From: a virus
Taxonomy: Duplodnaviria > Caudoviricetes
Reading direction: 5' to 3' (one strand)
Virus record (IMG/VR): IMGVR_UViG_3300028914_000059
Coordinates: 64,001 to 128,000 of that record
Length of the DNA stretch: 64,000 nt
Below the pieces are notes generated by a model, which was not told the origin of the DNA, ran no database searches, and was given only the letters and a program-made list of their open reading frames with translations. Made by a program: the position numbers and the translations under genes. The stretch's first letter is position 1, and every line of letters begins with the position of its first letter. This document shows positions 38,601 through 49,574 of the stretch, in pieces.

Positions 38601-39460
38601 GGTTTAAAAATTCTCCCATCTAATTCCTTCAAATAGTGTCTCATATCTTTGATTGGAGACATTTTCATATTAGACATAAATTGATCCATCAGTTCTGGAG
38701 TTCTATAAGAACTAGCAAAAGTGCCCTTTAGCTTTCTCTTAAATAAGCGATCCCCAGCACGTAAGCCAAGACCAAACTTGATCCCGCTGGGTAATGTACC
38801 TGGAGGAGGCGGTACCAGACTTTCATACATATCACGAACAGCAGACATCATAGCTAAATTCTGTTGCTTAGTGTCTGCCTGCATAAAAGTATCATTCATA
38901 AGTGCTTTGTATCTAGCTTTAAGATCTGCTGCTAAACTATCAGAGATGCTACCTCCGTGAAATTTATCTTCAGCGGCGTTGGCCATAGCTCTCGCAAGGT
39001 TGACAAACTCCTGCGCTTTCTGACTGGCAACATCTGTTATTCCTTGTATTCTCATAGGCTCAGCCCTATATCTTAATGCAGCACTAACTACTGGACTCAA
39101 TGGAGAAGTTGCTGCTCCTATGCCAGCGCCTACACCTGCACCCTTTAATGCATCTATAGAACCACGCCTCAGTGCACCCACTACCTTATCTTCAAAACTG
39201 GCTGGGACTACCTGTTCAGGAATCCACAGATTCCTAGGCTTAATAGTAGTCTTAGCAGCTGCATCGCGCCAACCTTTAATAGCGCCACGAGTTCCATTAA
39301 TACCAGCGCCTATCAAGGCACCTATCCCGGCATTGCGGGGTAAGGCTGCTAATGAGTCTTTGGCCCAGTTAGTCTTAAGAGCGTTTAGTATCTCTAACTT
39401 TTTATCAGCTACAGCCTTATCTGTATATTCAATAAGAGCATCTTTAAATGGATTAGCCAT
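38597..39460 (-). CDS. Glycine-zipper protein with no obvious leader
   Basis: AGIGALIGAGING and GAGVGAGIGA. Confidence 0.75.
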   Translation of the reverse strand: MANPFKDALIEYTDKAVADKKLEILNALKTNWAKDSLAALPRNAGIGALIGAGINGTRGAIKGWRDAAAKTTIKPRNLWIPEQVVPASFEDKVVGALRRGSIDALKGAGVGAGIGAATSPLSPVVSAALRYRAEPMRIQGITDVASQKAQEFVNLARAMANAAEDKFHGGSISDSLAADLKARYKALMNDTFMQADTKQQNLAMMSAVRDMYESLVPPPPGTLPSGIKFGLGLRAGDRLFKRKLKGTFASSYRTPELMDQFMSNMKMSPIKDMRHYLKELDGRIFKP

Positions 39461-39462
39461 AT

Positions 39463-40380
39463 TTAGTAACCACCTTTAAGCTTCTTAGATACATAATACC
39501 AAGGATTGGAATCTCCAGACTGTAAATCACCCCAGATATTATAGAGCGAGGGGTTATTTAACTTCAAAGAATCATGCCCGGATAAACTACTATTTATAAA
39601 ATTAACTCGTTCTTTAACTTTATCCCTAAGAGTAGTGTTAAAATTATCAATATCATCAAGAAATCTCTTGCCGCGCTCCTTACCAGCCCTATAAATATCT
39701 GGATCTGGCGGATTATCTATATGCAAACTGTTAGAAAATCTAAGTTCCGGAACAGTTAAGTGTCCATCTCCAATAACGCCTTTGGTGACAGCTGACAATA
39801 GCTTCTCTTTCCTTCGATTAACCAAATATTCTGGAATGTCTCTAAACATATGGCCATCATTTTTTATTCCTTTAAGTTTCTGCAAAAGATTACTATTATA
39901 ATTACCCAGAGCCCTGTCGGCATAGCTTAAACCTGCGCCGAGCCCACCTCCAACAGCACCGCCAATAAGACTATTTTTCCCATAAGTTCCAATGTTATCT
40001 TTAAAATACTGTTTAATATTATTTCTATTAATTTTTCCAGCGTGCATGTCTCCACGCAATTTTGCCATTGCTGGAAATAGAGCACCTATGCCAGCACCAA
40101 TGGCTGTAGCCTTAGCGCTTGGAGCTACACTTTTCATAGCATCAAACAACCTGGCTCTATTTTCCGGAGAAGCTAACATTTCTCCCATATACTGTAGCCC
40201 AGATGACACATTAAGTTTATCCCCGAGACCAGAGATTGTCTTGTTCTGTAAAAGATTAAACAAATTGGAATTAGCTATAGGACTAGCTACAGCATTACTA
40301 AGTCTTGTAAGACTAGACAAAACACCTGCTGTCTTAACAAATCCTATGGCTAATGTTTTACTTCTATTTTCAATATCCAC
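39463..40380 (-). CDS. Glycine-zipper protein with type-2 leader (FVKTA)
   Basis: Probable GTG start at 40380 after AAGGAG; DIENRSKTLAIGFVKTA. Confidence 0.75.
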   Translation of the reverse strand: MDIENRSKTLAIGFVKTAGVLSSLTRLSNAVASPIANSNLFNLLQNKTISGLGDKLNVSSGLQYMGEMLASPENRARLFDAMKSVAPSAKATAIGAGIGALFPAMAKLRGDMHAGKINRNNIKQYFKDNIGTYGKNSLIGGAVGGGLGAGLSYADRALGNYNSNLLQKLKGIKNDGHMFRDIPEYLVNRRKEKLLSAVTKGVIGDGHLTVPELRFSNSLHIDNPPDPDIYRAGKERGKRFLDDIDNFNTTLRDKVKERVNFINSSLSGHDSLKLNNPSLYNIWGDLQSGDSNPWYYVSKKLKGGY

Positions 40381-40393
40381 GTTATTCTCCTTG

Positions 40394-40606
40394 TTATAAC
40401 CCATTAACACTATCTGCCATACTCTTTAACAGTGGTAGCTTTATTCTATTATAAAAAGTATCCAGGTCATCATTATTATCATACGCGTTTCTTATCTCAG
40501 GGGCAATGTTCTGAATGAGTGAAGAACCACCCTGATTTACAACCTGTAGTAATTTTTTGTAGAAGGTCTGTGCCTTATTTCTTGCTAAATCTTCTATGCT
40601 AGCCAT
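40394..40606 (-). CDS. Small hypothetical protein
   Basis: 70-aa ORF within the operon. Confidence 0.55.
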   Translation of the reverse strand: MASIEDLARNKAQTFYKKLLQVVNQGGSSLIQNIAPEIRNAYDNNDDLDTFYNRIKLPLLKSMADSVNGL

Positions 40607-40610
40607 AATA

Positions 40611-43067
40611 TCACACCGTAGTCTTTATTATAATATCACCAAGTACAGCGGTTCCTCGTTTACCTGGTGTTGCAGATACTATAATAGTTTCATCAGCTGC
40701 CATCGGGACAGTCACTATATGGACTCCGCCGTTTAGATCTGCCGGGACATTTATACTCAGGTTAGTTCCTGATATCAGCATAGCGTTACCTATGCCACTA
40801 TTTATTATAGCATAACAGTCCTTCTGTGTGTTAATCTGAGCAACACTATCTTCTGGAGCAGCATTAACTTCATAGATACCATCAGTAGTTATGGCTTCCC
40901 ACTCAGGACTCATATAAACCTTACCGGCATCCCTGTCTGCTTCCCATTCGGACTGTCCACCTGTATACTCATTATAGACATAATAGCCGAAACGATTTCT
41001 GTTATAGTAACTTACATCATTCCTATACACCATAGAACTTTCAACTTTTTCCATTTCCGGGGCTGCTATCATACTGTATGTGGGATCGTTTCTAAGATAA
41101 TAAGTAACATTAGGATCTAATGGATCGGTAGATGGAATAACGGTGTATACCCCACTAGCTTCGGTATATAATGGTATCGTATATGTTGTATATACATTGC
41201 CAGCTGCAAGATCGGATTCCCAGGTTTCCTGATCTACATAAGTATAGGGTTCAACACTGGAGGTTACATACTGCACATTAGAATCATAGACTGTATCTTC
41301 CGGGACCACCTGTAAATATATGTTCTGTGCGTAGTATTCCAGTTCTCCCGAAGCTGCATCTGTTTCCCAAGTTTCCTGATCCACATATGTATATGATGTC
41401 CAGGAACTTTCTCCAGTCCTGGTATAGTATACCCTTGAGCCATCGTATTCATCTCCGGCACTGACTGTAGACGGGGATATGTAAGTCTGTGAATAGGTAT
41501 AGTCATTTCGTATAAAATAGGGCTTGGTGTCATCATAGGGAGCCCCGGATGATACCGGTTGGTAATTCAATACGGACGCACTTAAAACACTGTAGCCTGA
41601 ACCTAATCTTTTAGATGAACTGTTCTGCAGGTTCTGCATCTCCTGCGAGATAGAGGATATATTTCTAGAGTTAGTGTCTATGCCGCTGTATATAGAAGTC
41701 AAATCACTGTTGATACTGGAAACATCTGCAGCCACCCCTGCTATAGCATCTGTATTGGAAGATATATCGCCACTAAGACTTGTTTCTAATTGGGTAATAG
41801 AACTATTAATACCTGGTATTGTTGTATTGTCTAAAGTAGACAACCTGCTTAAAGCTAATGATGAATCTGTCTCTAGCTGAGTGACTCTTGTGTCAATAGC
41901 ACCTATGCTATTATTTATAGCAGTCTCTGCCAGACCACGATTAGTTACCTCATCAGCCAGGTCACTAGAAACCTGTGATATATTGCCAACAGCAGTATTT
42001 AAGTCATCAGCCACACCTGATGTAGCTTCCTGCAGGTCAGATATGTCAGACTGAGCCTGAGTCATATCTCCCTGTAAAGCATCAACATCTGTTCTCAAAT
42101 CAGCAATACCTGAATTGCCAGACCCTTCGCCGATACCTGCAGCATTCTCAAGAGCCAACACACGACCTTCTACAAACGATATAGAGTTCCTTGTAGACAA
42201 AATACCCTGTTCTGCTCCAGCTATACGCTGTTCGTGGCCAGCAAAATCGGGTTCCCCCTCTGGATCATTTGTTCGTCCATTCACAGTAAGTTCTAAAGCA
42301 TCGAGACGGTCCCCATTACCATCTATACGTAAACCTATAGCAGTATCAGCACTTTCCAGATCCTGAACGTCGAGTTGCAAATCACTGATCTGAGTTCCAT
42401 AACCACCCAATGTGCTATCCAGGCCAGAAAACTCATTAATGAAATCAGTGTGTCCGGCCACAGTCTGTTGCAACTGGCCTATATCAGTAGCTTGAGATAC
42501 CAGACTCTGTGTGTGACCTGCAACAACATCCTTGAGGCCAGTAGTTGTAGTATTCAAATCATGCTCAATGTCAGAAATCCTGGTCTCGATACCAGGCTGT
42601 GCATTTTCAAGAGTTGTTATCCTATTACCCTGACTAGTTATGTTGCCTTCCGCTATTCCAAGGTCAGTTTCAAGAGTAGTGGCCCTGCCTTCTACAGCGG
42701 TAGCTCTGCCTTCCAGGGACGACACTCGCATTCGTACAGAATTCAGATCTGACAGGCCTAACTCATATCTATCCCTGTCTCCATCCCGAAACTGCGACTG
42801 AAACATAACGGCACTTATTGTCAACTGGCCATTATCATCTTCATTTATTATAATATTATCTCCAGCATTGTATAGTGCTGTGGACACAGTCATCTGGCCT
42901 TCACTGTTAAATAGTATAGTATTCCCATCACATTTAGCTGTTATCTGATAAACTTCGTTATCTACATTGATACCATCGCCACCGATATATCTATAACCTG
43001 CAGGGTTGGTGCTGGCGTTCATAGAGGCGCTGGTTCTTTCTATTGACATGTTTGTTAATAAAGACAT
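40611..43067 (-). CDS. Long coiled-coil fibre (fibritin/whisker-like)
   Basis: About 380 aa of heptads (RxxxLE) followed by Tyr-rich repeats (YTYVDQETWE twice). Confidence 0.65.
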   Translation of the reverse strand: MSLLTNMSIERTSASMNASTNPAGYRYIGGDGINVDNEVYQITAKCDGNTILFNSEGQMTVSTALYNAGDNIIINEDDNGQLTISAVMFQSQFRDGDRDRYELGLSDLNSVRMRVSSLEGRATAVEGRATTLETDLGIAEGNITSQGNRITTLENAQPGIETRISDIEHDLNTTTTGLKDVVAGHTQSLVSQATDIGQLQQTVAGHTDFINEFSGLDSTLGGYGTQISDLQLDVQDLESADTAIGLRIDGNGDRLDALELTVNGRTNDPEGEPDFAGHEQRIAGAEQGILSTRNSISFVEGRVLALENAAGIGEGSGNSGIADLRTDVDALQGDMTQAQSDISDLQEATSGVADDLNTAVGNISQVSSDLADEVTNRGLAETAINNSIGAIDTRVTQLETDSSLALSRLSTLDNTTIPGINSSITQLETSLSGDISSNTDAIAGVAADVSSINSDLTSIYSGIDTNSRNISSISQEMQNLQNSSSKRLGSGYSVLSASVLNYQPVSSGAPYDDTKPYFIRNDYTYSQTYISPSTVSAGDEYDGSRVYYTRTGESSWTSYTYVDQETWETDAASGELEYYAQNIYLQVVPEDTVYDSNVQYVTSSVEPYTYVDQETWESDLAAGNVYTTYTIPLYTEASGVYTVIPSTDPLDPNVTYYLRNDPTYSMIAAPEMEKVESSMVYRNDVSYYNRNRFGYYVYNEYTGGQSEWEADRDAGKVYMSPEWEAITTDGIYEVNAAPEDSVAQINTQKDCYAIINSGIGNAMLISGTNLSINVPADLNGGVHIVTVPMAADETIIVSATPGKRGTAVLGDIIIKTTV

Positions 43068-46000
43068 TAGAAATGACCTACCCTTTCATTGCTTAAGTCA
43101 GTGGCACTGTCTACAATATAGAAAGTGTCATTGAATGAGGCTGCAACCATAGGAACAGAGCCTCTGTTGTCGTATACACCTATATTAACCTGGAACTGTT
43201 CACCAGGAAGTCTCCAGGTTTCTACATTACTAGTTAAAATATATTTACCAGGCTGAGTTGTATCTTTTTCTATATTTAAGGTTATTCTCAAGCCATTTTC
43301 AAATAAGGCATCAGAATACATATCCGAAACTGGATAATCTACCAGCTCACCCTCTTCATATAGAGTTGTTTCTATCTTAAACGTTTCACCACGTATAATA
43401 GTTTTTGCTCTGTCTAATTCCACGGTCCGCCTCCATTCCAGCTCCAGTGTATCTGCATAGGATGATTCATCCAGTGTCAGTGCACTATCATCCATCGTAA
43501 TATCTGACTCTTCATCATGTATAAATCCCTGTGGCACTATGTCGTCAAAGCCCATTTCACCATCGGAAGTAAAATAAAAAATAAACTGGAGATCGTCATC
43601 CATCTGTGGCGTTGTGTCTAACAAGCCATCATCACAAGTGTGGACATCACCTTCATCATCGTGATACCACAAGCCTGCACCATACTCAGGCAATATAATC
43701 CATTTGCCTGTGGCAGAGTCATACTCTTTGACCCCTAATGGATAATCTGCAAAATTCTCAGTCCATGTAAAATGAATGTCTGAGTCTACTGCAAATACAT
43801 CATCAGATATATTAAAAGCATACTGAAAAATATATTTAGTATATGCCGGCTTAACCGCATCCAGGAATGCCCTGAGCACTCCCATCTGGGCTTCATCGCC
43901 AGCCCACTTAGAGCTGTCTATTTTTACAGTAAATGTAAAATGCTGCAGGAAATACTTGTCCAAACATTCTTCAGAAGCGAATGAGTCCAAAGTGCCGGTA
44001 GTATCGTTAGGTATATTGCCATCCAGATACATGCCGCCGGCTAGTTCACATGTGTCACGGTTTTCATCCTCATTACCAGAGTATTCATCCCACCAGGCCG
44101 GATAGTTGATATAGTCATATACCTTTACAGCATTAGTCATCGGATCAAACTTGACTACATTCTGACCCCTGACTATCTCAACTGACTCATTACCTAAATA
44201 AGTATAATCAGTACCATTGATGTTAACTATGGTGCTAGCGTCTTCCAGCTTTTCAACAATGTCACCAACCTGAATAAAGTCAAATGCCTCATCCGGCAAT
44301 CTCACCAGAGTTTCATACTGCATTACTATAGAGTCTGCAGTGAGATCATGTATTCTATATTCAGTCTTGAGTTGTGCCCTGATGGCATCAGGTATATCAT
44401 CCACTGTTACTGTGGATCTGACAACTTCTACATCAGTGCTGCCATCTTCATGAGCTTCTACATCATTTATCACATCACCAGCCTGGAACTGAGATGCTAT
44501 ATCAACTGGCAGGATGCAGGTTGTGGCGTTGGCAAATGTCACTGACATCTTATAGTCACGATTGATTGGATCCGGCTTATGAACTTCCTTTATATATGAG
44601 CCGATCATTATCTTATCCATAAGTTCCTTAGCATGATTCCTGGCCTGGGGTGTGTCTTCCAGAGCTACAGGAATCACATAATCCTTATAGATAGATATGA
44701 ATGGATCGTGCACAGATGCTATAGTATAATCCTTGGCATACGCAGAAATACATGGGTCATCAGGAACCTGAGTTCCAACTTCCAGACCTTCTGTGGTCTC
44801 TGGTCTCAAGCCATTGATAACATGCGATATGGTTATAGTGTAGTTTTCATAGTCTACATCTATAACCGGAGCATTCAACGGTATGACATATGACTTCTGC
44901 AGGGCCATGTAAGGCCAGCTGGTTGGGACTACAGTGTAGTCACTGGCATAGGCTGGGACGCATGGGTCAACTGGTGCAGGATCACCGACATCTGGATGAT
45001 TTCCATCCTGAGGATAGAGTCCATCTATCTTATGGATAATGCTGAATACTCTGTCATCTTCATAATCTTCGCCAAATGATAGTCCTGAATGTTCCAGTTC
45101 TATCTCAACATCCGGTGTCTTGATATAGTATTCACCGTCTTCAGCTGTGACACCATCACCAAGACATAATTTGCCTTCCTGCCATGAAGTGAATGCAACA
45201 TCTTTATCGGCTGTGAAGCTTGCTGCTTCTACATTTGACATGGTTATTTTCGAAAAAATCTTGAAACTAACGCTGTCTTCAGATGCTAAATTTACGATTT
45301 CTGTACCCTTTGTCAATTTTGCGATCAATTCTGAGTCTGCTGGCACAGAAATGGTGGTTATATACTTCACTCGATGGTAGGCTGCATCAACAGCGGATAT
45401 GCGGGCACCCTGAATCAATGAATTGAAGCAGTCCTGAGACACCTCAAAGGAATGCCCACCAATAGCGGCTTTGTGCTTGTTTATAGTGATATCTGAAACG
45501 ATACCAGTAGTTTCAACAAATGGCAAATCAGTTAAAATGGTTATGCCCTTAGTCATACTATCTACAGATGCACCATTCCAGAATGAATACCACAAGCCCT
45601 GCACTTGTCGCAGATATGAATATGAGTCAGTGCCATAAATGCCAATAAGACAGCCGAAGTTGTCGTATATAGTGTGCAGGTCACGTATGGACTGATTAGT
45701 CCATAGGTTTTTATATGGCTGAGTCTTAAAACTTATAGTTCTAGCATCCTGGTCAACAACAAAATCGGTGCCAGGATAATATTTTACAGCATCTACACTG
45801 ATGCCTGCAGGGAAAAAGAACCTGTCCTCGTAGGATATTACGTCATCAGGGGCATATATCTTATCACCAGGCAATCTGTTCTCTCCAGACGGCAGTGTCA
45901 ATACATCGGAATCAGCGCCAACAGATGTGTAGTTAGGTAGAACAGTTACTTCTCTAGGCCCTTCGGCAAGCATGACTACGTCACGTATGCCGTCAGGCAG

Positions 46001-46267
46001 AGAATAAGTATATGGATATGAGGCTTCAGCGTCATAGGAAACAAGCGTACTGCTATCACATGTGACTTTTTCCCAGTCACTTATCCAATCATAAGGTATT
46101 GTCTCGATAGATTTTGATAATTCTACCTGATACATCTGATAATACAGATTTTCCACAACTTTGCAATAGCCTCTCCAAAGCTGTGAGACTGATTCTGTAT
46201 CATCAAAAGACTGCCAGAAATCAGATACTGCATCCCAGATATAATTTACATTAAGTTCGTTCTTCAT
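43067..46267 (-). CDS. Baseplate wedge-like structural protein
   Basis: FLDAVKPAYT motif typical of baseplate proteins; acidic; internal duplication (HxIxGLxP...DPCxxAYAxDYT). Confidence 0.6.
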   Translation of the reverse strand: MKNELNVNYIWDAVSDFWQSFDDTESVSQLWRGYCKVVENLYYQMYQVELSKSIETIPYDWISDWEKVTCDSSTLVSYDAEASYPYTYSLPDGIRDVVMLAEGPREVTVLPNYTSVGADSDVLTLPSGENRLPGDKIYAPDDVISYEDRFFFPAGISVDAVKYYPGTDFVVDQDARTISFKTQPYKNLWTNQSIRDLHTIYDNFGCLIGIYGTDSYSYLRQVQGLWYSFWNGASVDSMTKGITILTDLPFVETTGIVSDITINKHKAAIGGHSFEVSQDCFNSLIQGARISAVDAAYHRVKYITTISVPADSELIAKLTKGTEIVNLASEDSVSFKIFSKITMSNVEAASFTADKDVAFTSWQEGKLCLGDGVTAEDGEYYIKTPDVEIELEHSGLSFGEDYEDDRVFSIIHKIDGLYPQDGNHPDVGDPAPVDPCVPAYASDYTVVPTSWPYMALQKSYVIPLNAPVIDVDYENYTITISHVINGLRPETTEGLEVGTQVPDDPCISAYAKDYTIASVHDPFISIYKDYVIPVALEDTPQARNHAKELMDKIMIGSYIKEVHKPDPINRDYKMSVTFANATTCILPVDIASQFQAGDVINDVEAHEDGSTDVEVVRSTVTVDDIPDAIRAQLKTEYRIHDLTADSIVMQYETLVRLPDEAFDFIQVGDIVEKLEDASTIVNINGTDYTYLGNESVEIVRGQNVVKFDPMTNAVKVYDYINYPAWWDEYSGNEDENRDTCELAGGMYLDGNIPNDTTGTLDSFASEECLDKYFLQHFTFTVKIDSSKWAGDEAQMGVLRAFLDAVKPAYTKYIFQYAFNISDDVFAVDSDIHFTWTENFADYPLGVKEYDSATGKWIILPEYGAGLWYHDDEGDVHTCDDGLLDTTPQMDDDLQFIFYFTSDGEMGFDDIVPQGFIHDEESDITMDDSALTLDESSYADTLELEWRRTVELDRAKTIIRGETFKIETTLYEEGELVDYPVSDMYSDALFENGLRITLNIEKDTTQPGKYILTSNVETWRLPGEQFQVNIGVYDNRGSVPMVAASFNDTFYIVDSATDLSNERVGHF

Positions 46268-46273
46268 ATCAGA

Positions 46274-46302
46274 TATATACCTTTACTGATCACATATGTC
46301 AA
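46274..46302 (-). promoter_or_regulatory. Sigma70-type promoter of the baseplate operon
   Basis: Minus strand TTGACA-17 nt-TATATA, only a few nt before the ATG (possibly leaderless). Confidence 0.6.
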
Positions 46303-46344
46303 TGATTGACCTGACTGCCACAAGTGTGGTAACTTATATCTATT

Positions 46345-46794
46345 ATGCCCCAAATCAACAAAAATATCAATACAAAACAATATAGCACAGGGCTATATAG
46401 CTCTGAGCATAAGTTTGATGATACTATGGCACGCCTGGCAGCTGTAATAACCTCATCAAAACGAGATTTTTGTGATATTATAAGGGGCAGAAGAGATATT
46501 TTTCCATCATATATCACCAAAAACCTCCATCAAACCTTGGATAAGTCAAAGAACAAGGACGAAATATTATATTGCTGGGAACTTTTCAAACATCCAGAAG
46601 AACTATTTGATGTGGGCACAAGCTTGAGCAGAGATGATGAAGTTCAAATAACAGTTAAAATCAACGATTTTTGCCAAAAAAAGACAAAAAATACAGATTT
46701 AGTGTCAAATTTTATTAAAAATGTGTCATTTTACGGCCAAAGCTTCATTTTTTATAACATTTTTGATAGAATTGGGATTCGACCCACCCTTTAA
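46345..46794 (+). CDS. Hypothetical protein next to the DnaA boxes
   Basis: 149-aa ORF divergent from the baseplate operon; no clear SD. Confidence 0.45.
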   Translation: MPQINKNINTKQYSTGLYSSEHKFDDTMARLAAVITSSKRDFCDIIRGRRDIFPSYITKNLHQTLDKSKNKDEILYCWELFKHPEELFDVGTSLSRDDEVQITVKINDFCQKKTKNTDLVSNFIKNVSFYGQSFIFYNIFDRIGIRPTL

Positions 46795-46820
46795 ACCTAG
46801 CATCCAGAGCCGATCCTAGA

Positions 46821-47804
46821 AGTTATCCACAAGTTATCCACAAGTTATCCACAACCCTAAAACATTTATCAATTTTTTGATAATAGTAAAAATGTGCACT
46901 TTTCACACGTTTTAGCCTTTTCTAATAAAATTAGAATATTATAATTAAATTTATTTGTATCTAATTTGTGAATTATGTACGAAAAAATGCAGGTACGAAT
47001 ACAAAGGGTACAGAAAAATTTGTCCCGCATTATCAGACACTTCTATTCGTACCCTTGGCACTCTTTAGAACTTTAAGCCAAAAAATAAATCGCCAAAAAC
47101 GACAAAAATGTGAATGGAGTTTCAAAAAATGCTGTTTTTTAAGGTACCCTGCATGAATTTTCTATAAAAATTTCTCAAAAAGTGAGATTTTTAACAAAAA
47201 GTAGCCTCTGTAACAAGCATAAACAGCCAATTTTTAAGCAAAAATATGACAACCATGCACCTTAGCTAAAAAATGTGAATTTGCTTTTTGAGGGTCAATG
47301 TACGAACTTTTGAAAAAATGCCTAGCTCAGAATAATAAAAAGATAGACTTTCGAGTTATTCAAACTTTTTAAAAACAAAAAGTAGGGATTTTTTGATTTT
47401 TTACACCTATATAAGTATATTAGAGATTTTTTAATATATATTTATATAAATTTAATAAAAAAATAAAATAATATATGCCTATATAGTTGGTGAAAGTGCC
47501 AGAATCCCTACTTTTCCAAAATTTTTCCTTTATTTTTGATATTTTTCTTTACTCTTTTTATTATGTATAGTATACTGTAGCTGGTTGGTCCTTCTAAAAT
47601 GCCGTACCATAGGGGTACACCACCAAATTCACATTTATATGCCTACCCCAGTATTTTCTATACATTGCTACGCTAGGGTATAAGCAAAGTAGTTTATAGT
47701 GCGGGTTTCAGCCCCTCACAATTTTTAAGGAGGTCAAAGATGACTATCAAAAAACTGATAACAGATAAAAAGTTATCCACAAGTTATCCACAACCTGTGG
47801 ATAA
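46821..47804. other. Putative DnaA-binding origin-like region
   Basis: TTATCCACA at 46823, 46834, 46845, 47773, 47784 and inverted at 47796; very AT-rich core at about 47400-47570; coding strand switches here. Confidence 0.7.
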
Positions 47805-48711
47805 CTCTTACAATGAAAACCTGGAAGCCGTTCTGGATCTTATTTTTGGTCCAAAACAGGATATAGGTAAGGCTAAGGCTATATTTTTCTCAGAACTGGA
47901 CAGAGCGAATGTTCAGGGCGAAATTTATGATCTTGCCAACACCGTTTTTAATGCTGTCAGTACTTATCTAGGTAATCGTTCTTGTGAAAGCAAGGATTTA
48001 TCCGATAAGGATAAACAGCTTCTTAAAGATTTAGACAATGTCGGCAATGCTGTAAAGATTGAACCCGTTAAAGATGATGTTAAATCCCGATTGGTTCGTA
48101 TTCTTAGTAGTAATATAAAAGAGGGGAAGATTTTAGGAATGTTTCCAACAGGAGATTGCCTCTATATCTGTAAGCACTGGGATGAGGCCAAGACTATTCC
48201 TGGTTTTGTTAAATTTACAGAAGATGGATTGGAGCCAGTTGTTAAAGACGATGAATCTAATTTCTCTACAGCATATGCTATAGTAGTAGACGCGGAAGAT
48301 CTTCCGAAGCAGTTTGTAGAGGACATGGACCCTATAAAAGCTCTAGAACAGCTATTTACTAGTAGTAAAATAACTAAGACTGAAAATGATGAACTCATTA
48401 ATAATGTATTTGCTACAGATGGTAAACTTATAGATGTTGTTATAGACTGGCCAAGCGGGACAGTCTCCATCGACAACACCAACGAGATGTTCAGTTATAT
48501 AGACTTTGGCGGAATTGCTACATGTCTGAGTAATATAGCCTATGATAAAGAAAGTGATAAATGGCCTGCAGGATCTTTCAAATTCATGGGTTATCGTTAT
48601 GCTGACAGTAATACCATCAGATACCCTGTCTCTATCAGCGAACTTTGTGACTTTGGCAGCAAGAAGCCAATATCTCTTGTCTTCAAGTTTACAAAGGATC
48701 CTAGAGCATGA
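47740..48711 (+). CDS. Hypothetical protein
   Basis: 323 aa; AAGGAGG SD; 5' end overlaps three DnaA boxes. Confidence 0.75.
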   Translation: MTIKKLITDKKLSTSYPQPVDNSYNENLEAVLDLIFGPKQDIGKAKAIFFSELDRANVQGEIYDLANTVFNAVSTYLGNRSCESKDLSDKDKQLLKDLDNVGNAVKIEPVKDDVKSRLVRILSSNIKEGKILGMFPTGDCLYICKHWDEAKTIPGFVKFTEDGLEPVVKDDESNFSTAYAIVVDAEDLPKQFVEDMDPIKALEQLFTSSKITKTENDELINNVFATDGKLIDVVIDWPSGTVSIDNTNEMFSYIDFGGIATCLSNIAYDKESDKWPAGSFKFMGYRYADSNTIRYPVSISELCDFGSKKPISLVFKFTKDPRA

Positions 48712-48968
48712 AAGACTATGCCGGAAATACTCTTAAGAAAGATTCTATAGTGCTGTTTCCGGTAGGTGCTCCGACTGAGCATGTGCTGGCCCCTCTATAT
48801 GAGGGGACAGTAGATGATATAGACGAGGACCTTGATATAGTAACAGTGCTGTATAAGAGCTCTAAGGGTAATATGCACTACTGTCGCAAGCCATGGCAGT
48901 GTGTCATTATAGGAGGTCCAGGCCATGCGGGTTCTCCCGGCAGACAACCAGACCAGGCCCATGAATGA
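48708..48968 (+). CDS. Small SH3-like hypothetical protein
   Basis: KDYAGNTLKKDSIV pattern; coupled ATGA overlap. Confidence 0.65.
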   Translation: MKDYAGNTLKKDSIVLFPVGAPTEHVLAPLYEGTVDDIDEDLDIVTVLYKSSKGNMHYCRKPWQCVIIGGPGHAGSPGRQPDQAHE

Positions 48969-49221
48969 TGGGTTCAGCCTGGATAACTTGCAGGAAGATT
49001 TTGAAATGAGTTCAAGAGTCCTTGTGCAGAATGCTATGTATGAGGTCAACAGGATTCAGGACAAGATCTTATCTTTACGTAAAGAATTACATCGGGTCAC
49101 TGAAGATCTCAACAATCTATCCAGTGACCTGGATGTATTAACCAACATGTTAAGTAAAGCGGATGACAGCATGCTGACTGCTGGACATCTGCAGATGATA
49201 TCAAAAGGAGGAAAACAATGA
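48961..49221 (+). CDS. Small coiled-coil protein
   Basis: Likely start MNDGFS; heptads. Confidence 0.6.
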   Translation: MNDGFSLDNLQEDFEMSSRVLVQNAMYEVNRIQDKILSLRKELHRVTEDLNNLSSDLDVLTNMLSKADDSMLTAGHLQMISKGGKQ

Positions 49222-49574
49222 CATCGTTAGAGCGTGAACATTTCATCTCAGCTAATATGTTCCCAGTCAAAAGTCTTTCTGATTCTAAAAAATCAATTAT
49301 CAGAATGACTGACAATCTTACAGAATCGCCAGTATCTATATCTGCTGACAAGCAGGCCGCGGATTCCTGTTGTGGTGATCTTCTGGTAAAGCTTGACAGC
49401 ATGAAGGATTTGAAAACTTTTGCTAAGGCTGTGGCAGATGATATTGTTATAAAGGTAGACAAGGTCAATGGGGATATCCTAGGCCTTCTGGTTCTAAATA
49501 AAGATCTGGATCGTAAAAGTCTTGAGGTCCTTGATGAAGCATTCTATGAAAGCAGGAGATCTCATGATAGATAA
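49218..49574 (+). CDS. Hypothetical protein
   Basis: AGGAGG SD; coupled. Confidence 0.65.
   Translation: MTSLEREHFISANMFPVKSLSDSKKSIIRMTDNLTESPVSISADKQAADSCCGDLLVKLDSMKDLKTFAKAVADDIVIKVDKVNGDILGLLVLNKDLDRKSLEVLDEAFYESRRSHDR

Noticed and set aside
11187-45380. Many + strand ORFs opposite the tail, baseplate and glycine-zipper genes
   Set aside because: Antisense shadows of Ala/Thr/Gly-rich repetitive genes, without RBS support.
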